Assembly: GCA_018302985.1 (NCBI GenBank)
Contig: JAGVZA010000002.1
Location: 32,228-96,227 of the forward strand
Length of the DNA stretch: 64,000 nt
Direction of reading: 5' to 3'
Origin: Candidatus Woesearchaeota archaeon
GTDB lineage: Archaea; Nanobdellota; Nanobdellia; SCGC-AAA011-G17; UBA489
Part shown: one piece after another, positions 47,001 to 54,473 of the stretch
How positions within the stretch are numbered: the first letter of the stretch is position 1
Layout of the letters: every line of letters starts with the position of its first letter
The notes under the pieces: model-generated
Seen by the model: the letters and a program-made list of their open reading frames with translations, nothing else
Told to the model about the DNA's origin: nothing
The model's database searches: none
Made by a program: the position numbers and the translations under genes

Positions 47001-47244
47001 AAAAGCAAACGAAAGAGCAACCCTTCTCTACACAGAGTACAAAGAAAGTTCAGGATATCTTAATGGAAGATTTCCACTATATGCTTACTGTGCTCTAACA
47101 GGTGCACAACCGAACATAGAAACAACCGAGCTAGCAAAATTAAAACAAGAAGTTGAAGATGTAAGACTACAAAGAGTTACATTTACAACTGATCAAAGAG
47201 AACACTTTGTAAAAATGATAGAAGGTTGGGAAGGAGCAACATAA
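44065..47244 (+). CDS. large hypothetical protein (1059 aa), predicted all-alpha, no recognisable domain
   Basis: Long uninterrupted ORF. No signal peptide, TM helices or NTP-binding motifs seen. Coupled to the RHH gene upstream; 1 nt from the next giant ORF. Confidence 0.6.
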   Translation: MKAAKNQYDQFVAQIQQGETVQFGKMETLFAKALLSRFLEQLRSQNFRERAEQLHRERQRLILEETGDEDSEIEPLSDQELLTYALDQARTAIGALGVRPPVREMQPYLEKAIERKDWPLLNAALSLTEEGKLEKGTLETIVLEALLRRPTREEGDTPSSIRREFGEPHYTRELVEPVYSRALADGNMEGVKAVHEETKITISPALVQTTYETLAGAGRSERMKKLVEVTGVIPEKTSALRTNLINLIVTTDKLEKETLDELDAVIDIRTDAALAKALQLAAVRNGRISTFFDLYNSVGEKERVAVSNVQDAYDTLASTDAIDTIVNQAIQTGIAPRKKVLTQVYSDLLQKQNFARMEELAAKTSTTPRFDDAVVDTTVRSMIAHDGMHTVRLRESLEPFIRFANLVHQAGSAIAEEHVARACQMYLEGYITGEEDRGLEGRIRVVDRIYTQLGIKSSETITALKLERLVKELGTTFGELVSKYAKEYSNGSPLQPMPGSNLGEWRQYSTAARKNVRKHIKDLKAIRRAHPNCSVEQHLQTTEIDARFIQETYIACLETFLTQCSMDEKTVDLPQLIETVGIPINETAVNRALINHIKRNYERQDAGKVLENAQKAGMSVTLNDQQINKIGQEMLTRPEGTLHYLKALIGERTFPPDLQEAVQARSVVELGKGNISDYDKLQSLLSIKRPPTAGEAQTIRKTIIAILTDGKYEALEALHREQAEAMRDRSGIILTATPAELEVMIDKYFEGGSSAKHPSHIARFFNTTLNPDQIRRRYEALLKDRNINGLENITYAYEERIKAVQELMADTGVKYEPKDLQQRVEAEVSKGHSGHFPRWGPLLGLLTTHNVPPEQSTATRIYQASIRDLSKGEYFNTNCLPEIVRRLREFNLPVEDSIAEEVKNLGLKDHEVGNEKLIKSMDWLHHLYQRADILTPAELTTVADAIDEDFTGSHIKAHNRNGTLIRDLSFIYVLGNRQAKANERATLLYTEYKESSGYLNGRFPLYAYCALTGAQPNIETTELAKLKQEVEDVRLQRVTFTTDQREHFVKMIEGWEGAT

Positions 47245-47245
47245 A

Positions 47246-49627
47246 ATGCCACACATGGGAATGGGTATGCATCAAGCACAACGCTTAGAGCAACGTCTAG
47301 AGATGCGGCAAATGTTAGCGCCAGCAGAATTAGGTGTAGCTCCTTTTAGAACAGAAGGAGAAGAATTACAAATATCAGAGTATGATATTCTCAAAAAACT
47401 TTTAAGTCTTATAGACAAAGGAGAATTTTTTGATCCAACTCACTTTACTTTAGAAACCAATAGGGCAATATTCACTAATCCTTTGCAAGCAAGATTAGGA
47501 AAGTTAGCAGGCAACCTGACATCATTAATGAAACTCTATGATGGTGATGAGGTTTTAGCAAAAAGAATATTAGTAGCTTTAGGTACACAAAAAGAAGCAG
47601 ACAAAAAAGACACACCTGGAAGAATAGCAGATGCATGGGCGACAGTAACGCAGCATGCTCTTTTTAGAAGAGAACAAGAGCAGCACTATCTCCTTAAGTT
47701 TGTAGAACATCTCAGTAAGCAAGAAGCAGACATAGCAAGCGGCGTAGGAGTTGTAGCGCAAGCAAGTGCAGTAGAGAAACAGCCAGCCTTGGTAAAAACT
47801 GCTCTAGAAGAGGTCACACGCTATGCAACACAAGACAAGCGATTAGTGCCTTTTGCGCAGAGAATTCTAGCTCCTGTTTTCCGTGCATTGAAAGGATCAA
47901 AATCACTATCAGTAAATGAAGCTAAGAGATTGTATGAAAATATTATAGATAATCTCTTCATGTTAGATAGAACACTCAACATTCCTGGAGGCATAGAAAA
48001 AATAGCAGAAGCCATCAGAGCTTATGGAGTTCAGAGAGTGCTTGAAAGTACCTTGCCCTTGCCTTTACAAGTTATGGCTGACAGTGTTGTAACAGAGCAA
48101 GCGACAAGAAATGCGTTTATGCAATTACCGGGCATGAAAACTTTAGCGGATGAAAGAGAAGTACAACGAAGAGTCTATACAGGTTTAGCGCTCATAGAAA
48201 CATTACCAGAACAAGAACGCATCTTAGCGCATATAATTGGAAATGCTAAAGATGTTAAGGGATTTGGAAGAATAACTGCGGCGTTAGAACAAGTGTATAA
48301 AGATCCAGAATTCACTTATCCTTTCCAAGTAACAGAAGAACAAGAAATAGTAAGACATTTACGAACACATTTAGTAGACAAAAGCATCAGAAGATTAAAA
48401 TTTGATCCAGATACTTTAGAAACTTATATCCAAAGAATAGAAAAAGACGAGCGATTTAGTAAGATTAGTAACATAATCACGACCTTAGCAGGATATAAGC
48501 ATTATCAAGATGATCACAGATTAAATCTCTTACGAGAGATAGCGACAGCAGAATTAGCAGGTAAATTTCAGGAATGGAAATATAGTCATGACTTGGCAGA
48601 TATACAACTGCAGCCTATTGGAGGAGTAGAAGATGAACAAGCCGTTGCGGCATGGAAAGAAAGAAGCAGAGTAACAAGAATAGTAGGTGAGTTAAACGCT
48701 TTAGATGCTCATATTCAAGCAGTAAAAAAAACAACACAAAAACTGCAAGAAACCTATAAAGGATATTATAATCAAGAGTGTACAGTAGAAAGTCTTGTAG
48801 AATTAGAAAGAAGTATAGTAACAAATGAGACGCAGCTGAGAGAAGAAGGTCTTTCGAAAGCAGCGCGAAAAGAGTTAGGATATCAAACAAGTAAACTCAG
48901 AGAACAAGTAGACTATGCAAAGTTAGTTTTAGTAGCGACAGATTTAGACCAGGAAAAATATGCAGAATTCTTAGAACATGCGGAAACCTTGGCAAGAAAG
49001 AGAACAAATCACCCTTTGTATGATGCTGCGGTCTGGGTAAGAGAAACTTTAGATCAGCCAGCCTATAGAAATGCAAGAAAGATTCAAATATACAGTACTG
49101 ATGATTTAGAAGAATTGTTGAGATTCGGAGAAACACCAGTGCCACATTGCCAGAGCTGGAAACATCAGAGAGGCGATGGATTCAACGACTCACTCTTAAG
49201 TTTCGTAGCGGACGCAAACAAAGAAATGTATGTCATAACTAATGGGGATGGTAAGGCTATAGCAACTCCAATGACACGATTAATTGAGCATAATGATGGT
49301 CCAGCTATAGTAGTAGACGACTTTGACGCGACAGAATGGAGTGATGATTATGGCATTGCATTTCTAGGAAGTCTAGCTGAGAAAGCGGCAGCACTATACA
49401 AGGCAACAGGAAAACCAGTAAGTGTAGGTAGTAATGATCCAAATCTTAGGGCGGCATTCGAACATTTCGGAAGAAAATATGGTGTTGAAGTATTCGAAGA
49501 CCAAGTAGATATCTTAACAGCGCCAAGTAAATCTCCAACTGAATATTTCAACTGTGGACCTGGACATGTAAATAGTGGTGCTCATGTTAGATTCGGATTC
49601 ACTTATGTAACTATCGGTGATAAATAA
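47246..49627 (+). CDS. large hypothetical protein (793 aa), no recognisable domain
   Basis: Long ORF with a GAAGGAGCA Shine-Dalgarno before the ATG. Starts 1 nt after the previous stop. Confidence 0.6.
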   Translation: MPHMGMGMHQAQRLEQRLEMRQMLAPAELGVAPFRTEGEELQISEYDILKKLLSLIDKGEFFDPTHFTLETNRAIFTNPLQARLGKLAGNLTSLMKLYDGDEVLAKRILVALGTQKEADKKDTPGRIADAWATVTQHALFRREQEQHYLLKFVEHLSKQEADIASGVGVVAQASAVEKQPALVKTALEEVTRYATQDKRLVPFAQRILAPVFRALKGSKSLSVNEAKRLYENIIDNLFMLDRTLNIPGGIEKIAEAIRAYGVQRVLESTLPLPLQVMADSVVTEQATRNAFMQLPGMKTLADEREVQRRVYTGLALIETLPEQERILAHIIGNAKDVKGFGRITAALEQVYKDPEFTYPFQVTEEQEIVRHLRTHLVDKSIRRLKFDPDTLETYIQRIEKDERFSKISNIITTLAGYKHYQDDHRLNLLREIATAELAGKFQEWKYSHDLADIQLQPIGGVEDEQAVAAWKERSRVTRIVGELNALDAHIQAVKKTTQKLQETYKGYYNQECTVESLVELERSIVTNETQLREEGLSKAARKELGYQTSKLREQVDYAKLVLVATDLDQEKYAEFLEHAETLARKRTNHPLYDAAVWVRETLDQPAYRNARKIQIYSTDDLEELLRFGETPVPHCQSWKHQRGDGFNDSLLSFVADANKEMYVITNGDGKAIATPMTRLIEHNDGPAIVVDDFDATEWSDDYGIAFLGSLAEKAAALYKATGKPVSVGSNDPNLRAAFEHFGRKYGVEVFEDQVDILTAPSKSPTEYFNCGPGHVNSGAHVRFGFTYVTIGDK

Positions 49628-49640
49628 GTGGAGCAACTGA

Positions 49641-50501
49641 TTATTTTTCCTTAGGTTCTAATCCTATCCACACAAGATAATGATCTGAATGCGCTTCTGT
49701 AATGCCCTCAGTAACAATGCCTTTTTTCCCATACTCTTCTAGTGCATCATCATTCAATAAAATTCTATCATAAGTGCAGGAGCTTTGTGCAACTGTAGTG
49801 TCTGCAGTATCTCTGATAATCCAATGCCAAGTATCAAATTCTTGTTCTTGTTGAGCATTATAATAACTACAATCTGCATTGAAATCTCCTAGAATTAGAA
49901 TATTTCCTTTATCTGGTACAAGAGCTTCAAGAGCTGCTAATTCTTGTTGTACAGCTGCTGGCTTAATATGAATAGTATACGCAGTAAACACATAACCATC
50001 AACAGCAAACGTAGCTGCTAGTGGAGGCCTTTCCCAACGATCTTGTTGGTCAGGAGTAGAGTCTTGTAATTTAATCAGTTTAATACTTTTTCCAGTTTCC
50101 AAAGAGACGTCGCGATACAAAACTCCATATTGTTCTTTGCTTGCAGAACGTCCTGCTCTCGCAGAAACAGCACAAGTATAATCTGGCAACCGAGCACACA
50201 ACGTTTGGAATGCAGATTCGCTTTTGTCCCGTATCTCTTGCACAAATACAATATCAAAATCATCAAGAATGGACACATAATCCTGCAGTAATTCCTCATT
50301 GGCTGCCTTTGTCACGCCAAATATTTGAAGATTCCACGTAGCAATAGTCAGTGCTTTGACATCTTTCGAAGGATAAGGATCAGTATCAGAAGGAGTTTTT
50401 ACAACATTGCCAGTAATAGAATCAAAAGACAACCAGATAAATGCTACAATCGCTACAAGAATGATTTTCCCTAGAAGCACCATCTTTCCATTTTTATGCA
50501 T
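49641..50501 (-). CDS. membrane-anchored/secreted endonuclease-exonuclease-phosphatase (DNase I-like) family nuclease
   Basis: N-terminal TM/signal segment; LTIATWNLQIFG...FVQEI...ILGDFNAD...SDH is the EEP catalytic pattern. Confidence 0.7.
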   Translation of the reverse strand: MHKNGKMVLLGKIILVAIVAFIWLSFDSITGNVVKTPSDTDPYPSKDVKALTIATWNLQIFGVTKAANEELLQDYVSILDDFDIVFVQEIRDKSESAFQTLCARLPDYTCAVSARAGRSASKEQYGVLYRDVSLETGKSIKLIKLQDSTPDQQDRWERPPLAATFAVDGYVFTAYTIHIKPAAVQQELAALEALVPDKGNILILGDFNADCSYYNAQQEQEFDTWHWIIRDTADTTVAQSSCTYDRILLNDDALEEYGKKGIVTEGITEAHSDHYLVWIGLEPKEK

Positions 50502-50536
50502 AGATAAGAATAAAACTTCACTCTTTAAAACAGTTG

Positions 50537-50575
50537 CTGAGAAAAATCCGGAAAAACAGAGAGAAAATCCGAAAG
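50537..50575 (-). promoter_or_regulatory. conserved upstream element copy B (CTGAGAAAAATCCGGAAAAACAGAGAGAAAATCCGAAAG), between tRNA-Val and the nuclease gene
   Basis: Near-identical to copy A. ~48 nt upstream of the minus-strand ATG at 50501; immediately 3' of tRNA-Val. Confidence 0.5.
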
Positions 50576-50584
50576 AAAAGAAAA

Positions 50585-50657
50585 TGAGCCGGGAAGGATT
50601 TGAACCTTCGACCCCGTCCTTGTAAGGGACGCATCATAACCGCTAGACCACCGGCTC
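50585..50657 (-). tRNA. tRNA-Val (anticodon TAC)
   Basis: The reverse complement is GAGCCGGTGGTCTAGCGGTTATGATGCGTCCCTTACAAGGACGGGGTCGAAGGTTCAAATCCTTCCCGGCTCA. It has an archaeal/eukaryote-type D-loop (GGTCTAGCGGTTATGA) and no encoded CCA. Confidence 0.8.
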
Positions 50658-50697
50658 ACAACAGAAATGTCCCAAATATGCTATTTAAAGATTGTGC

Positions 50698-51942
50698 TCA
50701 AAAGCCCAGCAAGTTCTTAACCACATAGAGAAGCATGAATAAAGAGCTTAAAAAACCAAGGAATGCTATAATAGAGAATTGCCCTATATTACCTGGACAT
50801 CTAAAGCTGCGTTTAGTCTGTTTGCATTTATAGCGCAAAACAATCAGGCTTAAGTTCACGCTCGCAAAAGTGGCAAACAAAAAGAAGTTAGTTAAGTTTG
50901 CAACAAGTCCTATGTCTCCAATTAAAACAAAAGCCAGCGTCAAGAACATCAAGACAAGAATCGCTAAATGAGGTGTTTTTCTCGTAGGATGCACTTCAGC
51001 TAAAAAAGCTGGTAGGGTTTTTTCTTTTGCCATGCCATAGATCATACGTGACGTAGTAACTAAAGTAATCAACACAGTATTGGATGTAGAAAATAAAGCG
51101 ATGATGGCTAGTAAAGTAAATGCATTGCTTCCTAAAACAGCTTGTGCAACTGTTGCCAAAGGTGCTTCAGATGCTGCAATCACTTGCCAATCAACAATGC
51201 TGACAGCAGACATGGCAACCAGCACATAAAGTACAGAAGTAATCAAAATAGAATACACTAAAGCTTTGGGAATAGTAACGCTTGGATTTTTTGTTTCTTC
51301 TCGTAATTTGATAATGCTTTCAAAACCCATATATGCGAAAAAAACTAGGGCGGCAGAACTGAACACTCCGGAAAATCCATGAGGCATAGCTAAATAATTA
51401 ACACTGCCTAGTTTAGGAATACCCAAGACAACTATGATTGCAAGCCCTATAAATTCAATGAACGTTGAGATCATGTTAAATTTGTTGGACTCTTGAATGC
51501 CTATGAAATTGATAAAAGTCATAACAATCACCAGCAGAACTGCACCAGTCAAAACAGGAATAGGAAGTAAGTTGGAGATATAGCCGGCAAAGCCAAGAGA
51601 GACTGTAGCAGCGCTGATAAATCCTGCGCAGATCATAGAGAATGCCATGACAAAAGCAAAAGGTTTGTTGAAAGCAGCATGTAAATAATCATACTCTCCA
51701 GCATCGCCCTTGAACATCGAAGAGAGTTCAGCATAACTCAATCCAGTGAAGATAGCAATAATTGCAGTGATCAAAAAACTTAGCCACGTCGCATTGCCAG
51801 AACTTTGTGCGGCAAGTCCAATGAGCGCATAAATCCCTGCGCCAAGAATAATTCCTACACTAGCGACTGTAACATCAAATAGACCTAATGTCCTCTTTAA
51901 CCCTACCACAAAAACAGAAAGAATTTGCTTCCTTTTAAACAT
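50698..51942 (-). CDS. APC-family amino-acid permease
   Basis: 414 aa, ~12 TM helices, APC/AAT-like composition. Confidence 0.8.
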   Translation of the reverse strand: MFKRKQILSVFVVGLKRTLGLFDVTVASVGIILGAGIYALIGLAAQSSGNATWLSFLITAIIAIFTGLSYAELSSMFKGDAGEYDYLHAAFNKPFAFVMAFSMICAGFISAATVSLGFAGYISNLLPIPVLTGAVLLVIVMTFINFIGIQESNKFNMISTFIEFIGLAIIVVLGIPKLGSVNYLAMPHGFSGVFSSAALVFFAYMGFESIIKLREETKNPSVTIPKALVYSILITSVLYVLVAMSAVSIVDWQVIAASEAPLATVAQAVLGSNAFTLLAIIALFSTSNTVLITLVTTSRMIYGMAKEKTLPAFLAEVHPTRKTPHLAILVLMFLTLAFVLIGDIGLVANLTNFFLFATFASVNLSLIVLRYKCKQTKRSFRCPGNIGQFSIIAFLGFLSSLFMLLYVVKNLLGF

Positions 51943-51987
51943 TTACTTTCCATGTAGGTAGTCGAATAAATCTCTACTAGTTAACAA

Positions 51988-52767
51988 CTAAGGATTGAAA
52001 TCCAATTCTAACAGTACAGGACAATGATCTGAGCCCATTACCTCTTGCAAAATCTTCGTGCGTTTGACATGTTTTTCTAAATCAGGAGTAATACAAAAAT
52101 AATCAACTCTCCAGCCAATATTTCTTTTGCGTGCTTGAAACATATAACTCCACCAGGTGTAATGACTTTCTTCTCCAGGATGCTGTTTTCTGAAAATATC
52201 TAGATAGCCCTTTGATAAAAACCTAGTCATCCATGCTCTTTCTTCAGGCAAAAAACCAGCATTATCTTGATTTTGTTTGGCATTTTTCAAGTCAATAGCC
52301 TCATGAGCAATATTATAGTCTCCGCAAACAACTAATTTCTTTCCCTGTTTTCGTAGCTGTTCACAATAAGCTAACACTTGATCACAAAACTGTAATTTAT
52401 ATTGTACTCTATCATGACCTCTACCAGAGTTAGGAAAATAAATATTAAGTAAAGTAAATTGAGGATATTCCGTTATTAATACACGACCTTCATCATCAAA
52501 CCCTTTGAGATCCATGCCACACTGTACATGTTTGGGTTGTTCTTTGCTAAAAGTTGCAACACCAGCATACCCTTTCTTGACGCCACAATGCCAATAGGTA
52601 GAATAGCCATCAACTTTTTTGAACTCTTCAGTTATATGGTCTGTATGATATTTTGTTTCTTGTAAGCATAAGATATCTGGTTTCTCTTTTTTCAGCCAAT
52701 CCATAAATCCTTTTTTCATGACTGAACGAATACCATTGACATTCCAGCTAACCAGTTTCATCAACAA
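51988..52767 (-). CDS. xth: exodeoxyribonuclease III (AP endonuclease)
   Basis: KLVSWNVNGIRS...PDILCLQETK...WSYMFQARKRNIGWRVDYF...SDHCPV. Confidence 0.85.
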   Translation of the reverse strand: MLMKLVSWNVNGIRSVMKKGFMDWLKKEKPDILCLQETKYHTDHITEEFKKVDGYSTYWHCGVKKGYAGVATFSKEQPKHVQCGMDLKGFDDEGRVLITEYPQFTLLNIYFPNSGRGHDRVQYKLQFCDQVLAYCEQLRKQGKKLVVCGDYNIAHEAIDLKNAKQNQDNAGFLPEERAWMTRFLSKGYLDIFRKQHPGEESHYTWWSYMFQARKRNIGWRVDYFCITPDLEKHVKRTKILQEVMGSDHCPVLLELDFNP

Positions 52768-52802
52768 GAAAAGAAAAAAAGAAGTTTAAATAGATTCCTA
52801 GT

Positions 52803-53579
52803 CTATTCTGGTTTTAAGAATTCAATGCGTCTCGTCCCTGGATTTAAGAGAGGTACACGATGCTGTTGCAGAAAGCCAGTCAGTTGCAAATAGCCATTCT
52901 GTACAGTAGAATACATACTACCTGTAATAGCTTTGACATCACCAACAGATTTACCGACTACTTTTCTTGCTTCATTCAATTCTATCAGGCTGACTAAAGC
53001 TGGTCCAGTATGCTGTAAATGTTCATAGGCATGACGAACTTGGTCTCCTGTAGTAAGGAAAACACCATACGCTTGTTGACATTGATCCATTAAGGCGACA
53101 GATTCCTGCGCATATTGCTGTGTTTGTTGTTCAATAACTGCTTGACGATTGCCCATCAGAGTTTGAAAACCATTGTGAGCGCGTGTTTTGATAGACTTAA
53201 CAAAAGAGAGCACATCTGTTGGTTGTTCAATGGGTAGTAATTCCGCAGGTTTGTAGCCCTGAGCATCTTCCATACGTTTCTGCAGTAAATCAAAATAAGC
53301 CAATAAGTGCTCACGTTCTCCTCCATATAACAGTGTCATATTATCCAAAATACCGCTAATGTCTCCAAGAACACAAATCTCCTGATCCACTAAGTGTCGT
53401 AAATCTGCTTTGTCTGCTTTCCCAATCAGAGAAAGAATACCAGACCATTTGCCAGTGATACGATCAATGTCTTGCTTGACTCCTGCTAATGCTTCTTTCT
53501 TTTCGCGAAGAGTTTGCATATAATGTCTGTAGGAATCTTGTCCTAAAGTAATTTCTAATCTTCCAGTAAGTGATGTCAT
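52803..53579 (-). CDS. hypothetical protein
   Basis: 258 aa; ORF only. Last gene of a three-gene minus-strand unit. Confidence 0.4.
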   Translation of the reverse strand: MTSLTGRLEITLGQDSYRHYMQTLREKKEALAGVKQDIDRITGKWSGILSLIGKADKADLRHLVDQEICVLGDISGILDNMTLLYGGEREHLLAYFDLLQKRMEDAQGYKPAELLPIEQPTDVLSFVKSIKTRAHNGFQTLMGNRQAVIEQQTQQYAQESVALMDQCQQAYGVFLTTGDQVRHAYEHLQHTGPALVSLIELNEARKVVGKSVGDVKAITGSMYSTVQNGYLQLTGFLQQHRVPLLNPGTRRIEFLKPE

Positions 53580-53857
53580 TTTTTTGTCTCCTTTTCAGCT
53601 TCTATTTTTTCTAGAACTTGTTGTAAATCATGCTCATGGCATAAATTACGAATACGATATTCTGTATTGCCCAGTTGAAAATGTTCAGGTTGGATCTCTT
53701 GGGCATTGTTTGTGACAGTGTCAATAAGATAATGTTCCTGATCAGTGCGTCGCACACGATATCTATAATCATTAGTGACGCAACTATGAGTAAGATAGCC
53801 AGCGGCAAATAATGCAGCATAGAATTTTATACGTAAAACAGTTTTGATAAATTTCAT
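53576..53857 (-). CDS. hypothetical small secreted protein
   Basis: 93 aa with an N-terminal hydrophobic segment. ATGA-type overlaps on both sides. Confidence 0.35.
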   Translation of the reverse strand: MKFIKTVLRIKFYAALFAAGYLTHSCVTNDYRYRVRRTDQEHYLIDTVTNNAQEIQPEHFQLGNTEYRIRNLCHEHDLQQVLEKIEAEKETKK

Positions 53858-54294
53858 TTCTTTATTCCTCCAATTTTTTCTCTCAGATAGTCTTTAGCTT
53901 CTCTATAAGTGTAAACAACTTCATTGCGAACACGTACAGCAGTTTGACAGGCATATGCGTCAAGTTTCTCCAAAAGATTGTCGCCAGCATCTGCTGTATT
54001 TTTTGGTCGCTTGAAAGGAACAGGAGAAGGTAAAGGATCAGCACCTGTTCGAGAAGGATTTTTCAAATATAGTAAAAAACGTTGCTCCATCGTTAGAGGT
54101 TGTGCAATGGGTTGTTGAGGTTCAGGAACTTGTTGTGATATCTGCACAGGTACAGCAACAGTTTTTTCTAAGGAAGATATAGGGGTAGAAGCTGGAGAAG
54201 TAACTGGAGTTTCAGCACGTCCACAATGACCTGTGCAATAACCAAGCGTGAACACGCCCACCCCTGCAAGTACATATCCTTTAATCGAAGTCAT
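53854..54294 (-). CDS. hypothetical lipoprotein-like secreted protein
   Basis: Signal peptide plus a lipobox-like sequence (VFTLGYC). Pro/Gln-rich linker. Preceded on the minus strand by upstream element D. Confidence 0.4.
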   Translation of the reverse strand: MTSIKGYVLAGVGVFTLGYCTGHCGRAETPVTSPASTPISSLEKTVAVPVQISQQVPEPQQPIAQPLTMEQRFLLYLKNPSRTGADPLPSPVPFKRPKNTADAGDNLLEKLDAYACQTAVRVRNEVVYTYREAKDYLREKIGGIKK

Positions 54295-54338
54295 AGAACT
54301 AGGAAGATTTTAGTTTAAAAGAAACTTGCTACGAAAAT

Positions 54339-54420
54339 GTCGAAAACTTTGCGAAAAAGTTGAAAATAAAACAACCTACGCCGAAAACTTTGCGAAAAGA
54401 AAGCATTTTTCCGGAAATAC
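54339..54420 (-). promoter_or_regulatory. conserved upstream element copy D: tandem CGAAAACTTTGCGAAAA half-sites plus TTCCGGAAA
   Basis: GTCGAAAACTTTGCGAAAAAG and GCCGAAAACTTTGCGAAAAG lie 41 nt apart, followed by TTTTCCGGAAATACC. Upstream of the minus-strand gene starting at 54294, and also ~55 nt upstream of the plus-strand cca gene. Confidence 0.4.
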
Positions 54421-54473
54421 CACGCTGGATTCGCAACAGAAAGTTTATATGATTGAGAAAAAAGAGATTTTTC

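Noticed and set aside
50407-50625. ORF 50407..50625 (+) ending ...MSREGFEPSTPSL
   Set aside because: Its 3' part is simply the antisense of tRNA-Val and the A-rich intergenic element. An artefact.
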